The translations under genes and the position numbers were made by a program. The notes beneath the pieces are model-generated. The model was not told the origin of the DNA. It saw only the letters and a list, made by a program, of their open reading frames with translations, and did not search any database. From assembly GCF_009914755.1 (NCBI RefSeq), contig NC_060933.1: a DNA stretch of 64,000 nt; one strand, written 5' to 3'. Source of the DNA: the human T2T-CHM13v2.0 reference genome, Homo sapiens. Positions 52,112-64,000 of the stretch are shown here, one piece after another (within the stretch, counting starts at the first letter, position 1; every line of letters starts with the position of its first letter).

Positions 52112-52193
52112 TGACAACATCAAGGCTGTGGCAATAACACAAGGGAGGCAGGTGACAACATCAAGGCTGTGGCAATAACACAAGGGAGGGAGG
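52112..52193. repeat. 41-bp tandem duplication
   Basis: TGACAACATCAAGGCTGTGGCAATAACACAAGGGAGG(C/G)AGG x2, 40/41 identical. Confidence 0.95.
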
Positions 52194-53064
52194 GCCCACT
52201 CGGTATGGGGCGTTGTGAAGGGCTTCACAGTGGACATGGAACCATCTCCTCTCTTGTTCATGCCAACCCAGACAATCACCAGTGGAGGTCCCCAACCTCC
52301 CTTCCTCATCTCCTGATTGTGTTGGGCTCTAGCCCTGAAAACTATGTTCCATGGCTTGGTGCCAAGACCCTCTTCTCATATGAGTGCTTTAGGGGGCAGG
52401 TTGGGAGGGAACACTGCTGTCCACTGTTCTGGGAAGTCCAAGGCCCGACATCCTCTGGGTAAGTTTTCCCAGCATCCTGGAACTTGAATTTGTAGATAAG
52501 GCGAGATGAATAGTTCAGGCTTAACTCACTCTAATTTAGCTGAGTAGACAAATGAAAGCAAAACACACGCAGCACAGCACAACCGAACTCAGCCCAGCAC
52601 AACACAAAACCTCCACTAAACCTAGAATCACAGTCAGCAGCCTGTCACAGTGGTGAAGCCCTAACACGATAATTTTGTCTAATCCCACCTGGTTCAAAGA
52701 TCACAAAGCAAATTCTAGCCAGAACACTTGAAGTCGGGGGGCACAAGGGCTTTCACATGCACTTATGAGGCAAACTACAGTGAAGAGTAAGTGCAGACGA
52801 GCTTCTCAGTTCTGAGCTGATCGCTTAAGAAATCTGGCAAAACTTCCCAAGTCTCTGTATTTAGGGCGGAAAAAAATAGCAGCAGCAGAGACAAGCTAAT
52901 ATCAAAGGCAATTTATAATCAGCTATTTTGGAGGTTTTTCTGGGCACCTCCTACACTTACTTGAATCTTGGAGAGTGGAGAGTACTGTAAGTGCTTCTAT
53001 CTATATCTGTGTTTATCCAAGCCCCAAAAATCAGGCCATCAACAAAAGAGAACCCTACTTTGGT

Positions 53065-53222
53065 CACTGACAGCAGCTGTACAGTTCCTAGCCTCACTGG
53101 CTTTGGTTCCCTTATTTTTAAAATGGGGACAATAACGTTGAGAGAATAAAGATAAAATATGGGAAGTTCTGAGCACAGAGCTTGGAACACAGTAGACACT
53201 CAAACCTGGTAGTTATTGTTTT
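53065..53222 (+). mobile_element. MIR fragment
   Basis: TTTAAAATGGGGACAATAA...AGCACAGAGCTTGGAACACAGTAGACACTCAA. Confidence 0.7.
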
Positions 53223-53258
53223 CATACCAGCAAAGAAAAGCCTGACAGCTGTCTAACT

Positions 53259-53873
<615 letters not shown>

Positions 53874-54621
53874 TTGTAGTTCATTCATTACCCACCACCT
53901 CACTTACTAAAACCCCAGCCCCAAATGCCTTTGCATCATTTAGGGAACCTACAGAGCATCTCATGTGTGCTCACAACCATTCCTCTTGGCTACCTCCTAT
54001 CCTTCCTCTCCACTGTGCTATCGTTATGCTGGTCAGGGTGCACCTATCATGGTGCCTTGTTCTCTTCTTTCGTTCACTGCAGCAACTTCTCTATCCTGCC
54101 CTGGTCATCACCAGGGAAAAGCTTTCCCTGACCTTGGGACGCTATGACTTCCTCATTAAGCATAACTTCTCTGTACCTTTCATGGTGTAGATTCTAGAGA
54201 TAAAGCTTTTACTCAACTCATTATAGCCACCCTCAACTTTGGAAACTTGACAGGTGTCCTAGGCCCTGGACCAGGAGGAATTTGGATTTCGGCACATTAT
54301 ATCAAAGCCATCCTTCTTGTTCTCTTCCCAACTTGAACATTTTGTCTCTCTTCCCTCAGGGTGTATTTTTCCTCCCCATTTGGGTGACTACTTCCTAAGT
54401 TGAGCAGTGGTCATCTTTCTCCAACTTCTGGGTGGAAGAGTCATGCTCCTGCACTCCAACCGCCAGGCGTGGCATGAAAGGAGATCGTCTCTCCTATACC
54501 CCAGCCAGTCATGCCACACCTCAACCAGGCTGGTCCTTATTCCTTATTTTCACCTGCTGGCCTGCAGGCTGGGGTCATTTTGGGGGGCTTTCTAAGATAC
54601 CACCCTGTGTTGCCTTCTGGA

Positions 54622-55191
54622 ATGACAGATTGATTGCACTGATGGATCCTCCCTGTATCCACACCTCCCTGTATCCAAGCCCTTTGCTAGTGGCCTTCCA
54701 CACTGACTCTAGGCTTGGCAATGTGACTTTTGCCAATGGGATAAAACAAACTTGATACAACTAGAGACTTGAAGAAGCACTTGGGCACTTCTTTTTCCTT
54801 TCTTGGGCCCTGCTGCTGCCATAAAAAATACCTTGAAATAGCATGCTGGGGGAAAATGACTGACACATTGAAAATGTCAAGTGACTGACACAGTGAAAAT
54901 GTGAAGTCACATTGAAAATGACTGACACATTGAAAAGAGTCAAGTAATCCTAAACCAGCCAGCCTAAACCAGCCAGCCCCTTTGACCCACAGATGACCCA
55001 CATATGTGACCACAGATGACCCTTTGACCCACAGATGACCACAGATGCATGAGCCAAGATCAGCTGGCCAGCTGAGCAAAAGATTCATGAGAAATAACAA
55101 GTGCTATTTTAAGTAACTGAATTTTGGGGGATAGTTTTAAGCCACTTGATTTTTTAGGATAGTTCGTTACACAGAAGTAGCTAACTGATAT
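54622..55191 (+). mobile_element. MLT1 (MLT1H-like) MaLR LTR with several internal duplications
   Basis: CCTCCCTGTATCCA...GGCTTGGCAATGTGACTTTTGCCAATGG...TTTTAAGCCACT...GTAGCTAACTGATA. Confidence 0.75.
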
Positions 55192-55192
55192 A

Positions 55193-55525
55193 CAGTCATC
55201 CCTTGGTATCTATGGGGAATTGGTTCCAGGAGCCCCCACAAATACCGAAATCCATGAATGCTCAAGTTCCTTATATAAAATTGTGTAGTATTTGCATGTA
55301 ACCTACACGTATCCTTTTTTATGCTTTAAATCATCTCTAGATTACTCATAATATCAAATACAATGTAAATGCTATGTAAATAGTTGTATTGTTTAGGGAA
55401 TAATGACAAGAAAAAAGTCTGTACATGTTCAGTACAGATGCAACTATCCGTTTACTAAAAAAAATTTTGATCCTCAGTTGGTAGAATACACAAATATAGA
55501 ACCCATGAATATGGAGGGCCAACTG
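55193..55525 (+). mobile_element. MER2 (TcMar-Tigger), full length
   Basis: TA|CAGTCATCCCTTGGTATC...GGAGGGCCAACTG|TA, terminal inverted repeats with TA TSD. Confidence 0.93.
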
Positions 55526-56712
55526 TAACAGGTATTTTTATTTAAGTGAAATCAAGTTAAAATGATCATTCATTAAGAGCATTCAAAAGGCTGAGCTACA
55601 GGAAGGACATGTGAGAAATGGAGGAGGCAAAAACCCTTTTCCTGGGGTATAGTTTTCTCTTTAAAGTATTATGAATGGATTGTATGCCTATAAACCTTTG
55701 GGATTTTTTTTTTTTTTTTAAATAAGCTCTTTCTTCCTTATCTTTGTCACTTCCCTGTGTTCCTTGGAGTTGGGAGGCCTGGACAGATTAATATATATTT
55801 TGCTGGCAGATGATGCAATCCATGAGCTCCTGGAGCAAGAGCAAGATTCAGCTTTGTTGGAAGGGCTCCCCGGAAGAGAATGTGAGGGTACAGTGAGTTT
55901 CCTTAAATAAAGAGTGAATTTTTCTTTTAAAACGTTGAGCTTTTCCTGAAGTATTTTTGCTGAGGTTGGCATCATGTGCTTAGGGTTAGTTCCCATGTTT
56001 TAAAATCTTGTCTTTATGCGAAGAGGAGTAATTACTAAGTTAAAATAACCCCTCACTTCCTTCTTTTTAGAGTGACCTGATGTTATTTCCTTATTAAGGA
56101 AATTGAATGACCTGTAGCCACACATTTGTATTTGGGGTGGGGGTCGAGAATTGCATGAAGACTTTTGTTGGACACTTTTACTGTTCCCTAAATGGAACGT
56201 CTGGATAAACAAATGATTTAGCTGGGAGAAAAATTGAACCTTTTAGAAAAATCCAGAGAATGTCTAATGAGAATATGAGCTTGTTTCAGGGATGTGAGAA
56301 GACTGACTGGAATTAACACCAAAGAACTAACACAAATATAGCCGAGATCACAATAGTTTATTATGTAACTAAGATGTGCCTGTACCTGGCAGAAAAGGAT
56401 AGAGAAATAAGATCAGGTGAATATTTATTATGTTACCTAAAACAGCTTCATTGTTATTTTCCATGTGCTATATTCTAAATAGTATAGTCCTATACTTCCC
56501 TTAGGCGGTTCCTAAAACCTGATTTCCAAATATTCCCTTTATTTCCTACTATTACCTTTTCAGCCAATACAATGTTATTTTCTCCAATAGTATCTGAACA
56601 AACATGGAAATCCATGGATTTATGTCAAATTAATGAAAAATGAATGAGCAGCCCATGGATGACATCTAATACCTGTATTCCCTGGTCACATACATATAAT
56701 TTTAGGTGTATA

Positions 56713-56713
<1 letters not shown>

Positions 56714-56743
<30 letters not shown>

Positions 56744-57024
56744 GAGACAGAGTCTCACTCTGTCACCCAGGCTGGAGTGCAGTGGTGCAATCTCGGCTCA
56801 CTTCAACCTCTGCTCCTCGGTTTAAGTGATTCTCCTGCCTCAGCCTCCTGTGTAGCTGAGATTACACGTGCACGCTACCATGCCCGGCTAATTTTAGCAT
56901 TTTTAGTAGAGATGGGGTTTCACCATGTTGGCCAGGCTGGTCTTGAACTCCTGACTTCAAGTGATCCTCCTGCCTCAGTCTCTTAAAGTACTGGGATTAC
57001 AGGCAGTAGCTACTGCGCCCGGGC
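56714..57024 (-). mobile_element. Alu SINE (AluS-like)
   Basis: Full reverse Alu. Confidence 0.95.
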
Positions 57025-57429
57025 TTAAAATTTTCTTAATTTACTGGTTATATCTATAAAGGTGAGTTATCCTTTTGCAGAAAGTATTTGATTCTGAAGT
57101 TGATTCTACAGTCTTTCAGCACCTTTAGCAGTTTCATCTGTTTCCATAATGTAGTTGGTCCATTTTGACTAAAATGATTTGATTCTTTGAAAACATATCA
57201 AATTTAAATGATAAATATTGAATAATCCTTTTTGTGGGGGGGGGTTAGAAAGGCATCTTGTTAAATTCTGTATGAGCTATTACTTTCAGTTCAACAACTG
57301 AACAAATATTGAATGTAGGGCACTGTGCCAGACCCTGCATGAAGATTTAAAGGCAGATGTTGTTTCAGTTTATGGGTATGATTGAACATGAATAATTTAT
57401 TTTTCATTTTTGTTTTTGATATTTTAAAT

Positions 57430-57875
57430 TATTACTTTTAATATATTGTTGGGAATAGATACCACTTACACATAATATAAAAGAGCAAAGGTGAAAGGTA
57501 AGACAAATTTGCTTTCTTTATCTATCAGGAACCTAGTAATTGGAGGCAACTACTGTAGCCTTCCCAAAGTAATTCATGCATCTAAAAGCCAACACACTTG
57601 TTTGTGTTGTTACTGTTACACAAATGGTATCATATCATGTATATTGTTCTGCACCGTGCCTTTTAAAAAGCTTACTATATATTGGAGATCTTGCCATATC
57701 TGAACAGGTAGAATATGTCTCGATCTTTCTAACAACTGCAAAATACTTTATTGCATGAAGGTGTCACACTTGGTTTAATCAGCCATTTATTGATGGCAGT
57801 CAGGTTGTTTCCAGTCTTTTGCTATTATAAACAAGGTTGCCATTGTTTTGCCCTGCATATAACTTATTTTACATG
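57430..57875 (-). mobile_element. Ancient L1ME fragment
   Basis: ACAAATGGTATCATA...TTGTTCTGCACC...GGTTGTTTCCAGTCTTTTGCTATTATAAACAA. Confidence 0.7.
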
Positions 57876-58120
57876 CAATGTAACATAAAAGTGTATATGC
57901 CCTAAACATTTCCGCAGATGAAGAAAACATGGGAACAACTCAGAATCTCTTTTCACTCTTTTGCTTTAAAATTTCATCTTTTCAGTTTCCCTGAAAATAA
58001 ATATTTCATTCAGTTGTTTTTGTTTTCAAACTTCTTGAAAACTTTAAATCAGATATTTTGAAATTCTGGAAGCCCCAAACTGTATCATAGTGTGGACATC
58101 TAACCAATAGCTTTGCAGGC

Positions 58121-58425
58121 CAGTGCTTCTCAAACTATCTGTGGTGAAAACTAGTTTTCCTTTTTATTTGTTTTATTATTTAAAAAATTTTCCCATCCAT
58201 CACAGTCCAATATCACTGTGTGGCTCACACCACATGCCACTCATCATGAGACAGATGATGTTCACGTTCAAGCTGGCCTCTATCTTGGTTCAAGAAACAA
58301 TTAAGTTACTGATCACGCGCTTGGATGTCGTGTCAATGTCAAATTCTGATAAAAGTTTGTAGTCACTCTCTCTTAGTTTCTGATCACAGACCAGTTATAA
58401 TTTGTGAATGGACTGAGTAGCAGTG
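58121..58425 (-). mobile_element. hAT-Charlie (Charlie4-like) fossil
   Basis: CAGTGCTTCTCAAACTATCTGTGG end; ATCACGCGCTTGGATGTCG...TGTCAAATT internal motif. Confidence 0.7.
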
Positions 58426-58697
58426 TTGTAGGACACAAGATTGAATGCCTCCTAATCACTCTTGGTCTCAGCCTCTAGGAGGAAAATGCTGTTCTGAAAG
58501 AAGACCGTATTTCTCTGAATGGACAAAGTCACACTGAATAAAGAGCAAATTTTGTTTTCAGGGTCTTACATACATTCTTTCTTGGTCACTTCCTGCTCTA
58601 AAAATTATATTCAAGAGAAAGTCACCTTGGCCAAATATATATTCACGACAATGATTATCAAGGCCTCTCATTCCACACGTAAGCAAACTCAAAATTA

Positions 58698-59004
<307 letters not shown>

Positions 59005-59709
59005 AAAATTGTGGTTGGTCATGGAAAAACACATTTTCTTAACTGAAGTCATTGCAGATCACTAAGGGCTCCACTGAGGATATATTAATAATGTTCTTTT
59101 GAAAAGCCTGGGGAACTCTTATGAGAAAAGAAAAACTCAAGGACTCGTTTTCCTGTTTTTCGAACCTTTTTTTTTTTACCCGTTTTCTTTAAAATAGAGA
59201 ATCAAAATATGCACGAGCTACGGCTCTCTTTATATGTGAGTGCTAGTGCCAGGGCCAGGAAGTTCTCAAGGTGTTAATGCCACAGCAATGACCAACATTT
59301 CCTTGCTTTCTGTAACGAGTGAAAAGAGAGTGAAGGACTCTAGAGGCTGACTACAGAGTGCTGACCACATGGTAAACCTGAGTCCAAACTTGAGAAAAAA
59401 AAGCAACTTTTCTATAACAGAAGCATCACTAAAATAAAAAGCATTCATGTAATTATATTATCAGCCCTTTCCATCTCCTGGGACAAAGAGAAATATTAAT
59501 TAAAAAAGATAAACTTTGTAGTCTGGAACATATGGAGCCTGAGTGCTTTTCTTCATTCTTTCTTTCTTTTTTTTTTTGGACACTTGGAGGCCAAAGGCCA
59601 AGCTCTCACAATTTTCTGACTTGTCAGCCTCTACCTCCGGTAGGGAAGGACGTTAGGTCAATTGGTTCCTAACAAGAAACTGCTCAGTGGGAGTCCCCCG
59701 CCCTCCACC

Positions 59710-59711
<2 letters not shown>

Positions 59712-59758
<47 letters not shown>

Positions 59759-59780
59759 ACAGAGACAGAGATAGAGGGAG
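59712..59780. repeat. (GA)n microsatellite
   Basis: About 22 perfect AG units plus a degenerate extension. Confidence 0.97.
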
Positions 59781-59818
59781 ATGTGTGAGCTGGACCATAT
59801 GTATCTACAATTATTTGA

Positions 59819-60303
<485 letters not shown>

Positions 60304-60719
60304 TAGAGCTAAAATATCTCTCATAAGATTTCATGAAGATCAGGAAACATGAGGTCTGCAGAGGAAGTGAATTCTGAGAGAAAAGAGTTATCCTTCCTCT
60401 AATTCAGCCAGGTGTGGGATGCAGAAATGCCTGAGCTGAGAGTAATTGCCCAATAGTTCATCTATATTTGGGCATCGGGACCAGCACAAAGACTTTTTGC
60501 CCCAGGATCAGTCTGTTCTGTTGGAGGCTAAATGAAGCTCTGCATTCCCAGTGCCTAGGACAGTTCCTGGTCCTGATTTTTGATTGAATATGCGTTCTCT
60601 TACCTTTTCTCTAGTCATTCAATTAGCTATTTGGCCCAATGGGTGGAAAGTTCATTTATTTTTGTTTCTTGTTTATTACCACCATGGGAGTAGCTCCTGA
60701 TTCTACAGCTGTATTTGCT

Positions 60720-61300
60720 CTTTCAATCAAATCTCAGTTCCATATCTTCAGCTGCTTACCAGGCATTTGTATTAGGATCTTTTTTTAATTGCTCAAATGC
60801 AACATATCTAAAAAAAATCCCTTCTCCAAATCAGCCTCGCCTCTCCAAATTTCCATGGATGCCAAGTTATTGTGCTAGTTATCCAAGTGCCAAATTTTAG
60901 AAATGGATGAATCTCTGAATTCAGCCAGTCACTGAATCCCTGGAAATGTTTACCATACATTCTTTTCTCTGAGGTTTTCTTCTCACTGCTCTAGTTCATT
61001 CCCTCACCTCCCCATTTCAAAATTTATCCCATAGCTTCTTCCTGGTCCTTCCCAATTACATTGATACCAAATTTATCTTCCTTGGTGTTTATGTCAGAAT
61101 ACTCACCTGCTCAGAATTCATTGAGTCCTAATGTTCTAAATAGTCAATGAACTTTTCCTTCTGACTTTTAAAAATGGTTTATTTACTATTTCCCAAAATA
61201 TGGACACCTTCAGTTCTGGGCAGACTCACATCCTCGTAGACCACCCTCCTTCTCTGATTCTGCCTTTATGCGTCTTCTCTTCCTCGCTGGATTTCTCACC
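60720..61300 (+). mobile_element. L2 remnant
   Basis: CATATCTTCAGCTGCTTACCAGGCATTT...CTCAAATGCAACATATCTAAA...AGCTTCTTCCTGGTC pattern. Confidence 0.5.
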
Positions 61301-61674
61301 TGTCACACACCCAGATTACTCATCTGCTCCGTGTCCAGCAAGGATTCCTCCTCCAAGGAGCCCGTGCTCTCTCCTCCATCCCTCATTGTTTTCTGTCTTT
61401 GGGCACATTGCGAGGTGAGGTGAGGACAGTGTGGGGACTTGAGATTGCACACAGTGGCCACAAAGACGACCAACGTTTGCTGGGAGCTCAAGCAGTCACA
61501 GAGTACTTTCTTTTACATTTTTTCTTATTTCTCAAGGACTCGTCAAAGGAATTATAATATTTGGCTCAGGGAAAAGACCACCTTGTCTGGGGTCATGAAA
61601 GTTTTTCTGTTTTTATGAGGACTATCATGTAGATAAATTCTTGTTCTCCAGAACCCTGGTCCTATGTGAAATGA

Positions 61675-61994
<320 letters not shown>

Positions 61995-62571
61995 GACACT
62001 TTTTTTTTTTTTGGATAGAGAAACTTGGCCTGGGGAAATTTCCTCCTTGAGAGTCAAAGTTATGGAAAGCTATTAGGGTGGAAAAGGTGGGCTGATATAA
62101 GGCCCTGCAGCAGGAAAGGCCAGGCGGTTGCCTGAGGGGTGAGACCCTTGCATAGAATCGGGTGGTCAGAGGGGACCGGTGCTTCTGAGTCCATGGTGTC
62201 AGGCTCATACCTCTGGAAAAAGGCTATATGCATGAATGGAAGGAGCTACAGCACAGTTTTGGTGGGGTGGACCTTGGCTGTCCTGCACTGGCAGAATCCC
62301 TGCAGACTGATCTGAGATCTATTCTTAGTTCACACTGTCAGTGTGAGGTGATGACCACTGCATGACTCCGAAGTGACCAAAAGTGATGACACAATGCAGG
62401 TGGCAGTGATGGTGAGTAGAATTTTTCTCCAGACTTCTTATCAGTTGTGACATTGGTGGGTCTAGAACTTCCACATGAAAGGGACTTGAGGCAGGCGTCT
62501 TGTTAGAGGGTATTGCATGTATGTATGTGTGTCAGGGTGGGGGAGGGAGTGTTGAGTAGCACTTTATGTTA

Positions 62572-62979
<408 letters not shown>

Positions 62980-63094
62980 TTAACAATAGTTGCCTGGCTG
63001 GTGGGAATAGTCAGAACTTGCCCTTTGGCTACAGCCAGTGGCAGTGACACTGTTCAGGTAGCAGTTGTATAATACTTCTGCCTGAAGAGATACA

Positions 63095-63455
63095 GTCCTA
63101 GTTATTTTAAGTGAAGCTGCTGCAACAAATTAGACCCCAAATTGTATAATGGCTCAAATGCGATGGAATTTTATTTCTTGCTCACACAGCAGTCTAAGGG
63201 CACTGTTTGTGGTCAGCAGGTGTCTCTCCTCTGGGCAGTGACTCAGAAGCCGGAGCACCATTTATCTAGGTCCTCAGAGACATTGCATTCAGGTAGAAGG
63301 GGATAAAAAAGAATGAAGGAGGAACACCTGTTTCTTAAATCCTGGCCCCAAAGTAGTGCACATGACTTCCATTTGCATTCCATTGATGAAAACTAGCTTT
63401 ATGCCCACACTTAACTGAAAGGGAGCCTAAAGATGCAGTCAAGGTATGTGTCTGT
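63095..63455 (-). mobile_element. Old MLT1-family MaLR LTR
   Basis: GCTGCTGCAACAAA...TTTATTTCTTGCTCACAC...GCAGTGACTCAG...CATTCCATTG...AACTAG. Confidence 0.6.
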
Positions 63456-64000
63456 TACCGCTCTGTTATACTAAAAAAAGTGTGTGTGTGGAGGTGTGTC
63501 TAGCAATGTTGGTCACAGGCACTGTCTGGGTTCTGTTTCCAGCAGGAAGCTGGGAATACAAGGATGGCCCTTGAGGCTGGAGTAAGTACTCAGATTGCTA
63601 CTTTTGTCTGTTTCAAGGGAGAGATTTCCCAGGGAGGGGGCCTGGACTTCTTGTCCATCTGGGTTTGTGGGATTTCCATTATTGTGTGGGTCACTCCTGG
63701 GGGCTGGCTGGATTGTAGTGTGCATTGTCCACACGCTGAAGCTGGCAATCCAATTATTCAAGACACACTTTGCTAACAACTAGCAGCCTCAGGAATGGGC
63801 TGTGTGTTGCTTTGGCAAGAGTGTAAAGCTCCCGGTAACTGGAGATATTGAAATATATGAATGTAGGCAGGATCAGACTGGTTGGACAGGAAGACTTCTG
63901 AGGTCCTCTGGGCACTAACTCTTTGATCCTGCAATTCTGTGTACTTATGAACATAATACTCCAGGGCATGTAATTTGCACTCACCAATATAGTAATTTGT

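Noticed and set aside
54852-55040. Short direct repeats as a CRISPR-like array
   Set aside because: Only two full copies per unit, no regular unique spacers, no cas genes, and the context is a mammalian LTR.
62330-62346. TCACACTG-T-CAGTGTGA palindrome resembling a T-box site
   Set aside because: 8-bp arms are expected about once per 64 kb by chance, and the spacing differs from the canonical T palindrome.
62348-62420. Two GTGATGA boxes suggesting a C/D snoRNA
   Set aside because: No CTGA D box or terminal stem at a suitable distance.

Overview
Primate, most likely human, non-coding genomic DNA (intergenic or deep intronic). I recognise no host protein-coding gene, RNA gene or CRISPR array. 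The ORF track is explained by Alu, LTR, L1, microsatellite or GC-rich chance frames. The window is repeat-dense: about 56 Alu elements or fragments, many with readable target-site duplications (TSDs), and eight ERV1-class solo LTRs in both orientations (three LTR8-family, MER31, LTR12/ERV9, one MER67-like, two unnamed). It also holds several MaLR/ERVL LTRs, a 5'-truncated L1PA with a perfect 15-bp TSD, MER2, MER58A and Charlie DNA-transposon fossils, MIR/L2/L1M fragments and microsatellites. Repeat names come from recalled consensus sequences, not a database search, and boundaries are approximate. I found no evidence of a new multi-gene system. The strongest oddities are: (1) a 1.5-kb LTR12 inserted inside an Alu, with an exact 200-bp tandem duplication of its core promoter module and AGTAAA at both expected poly(A) signals; (2) a 51-nt hairpin with 23-bp arms at the broken end of MER31; (3) one MLT1 LTR with five separate short duplications; (4) a non-repeat GC-rich promoter/enhancer-like domain at about 9.0-10.3 kb.
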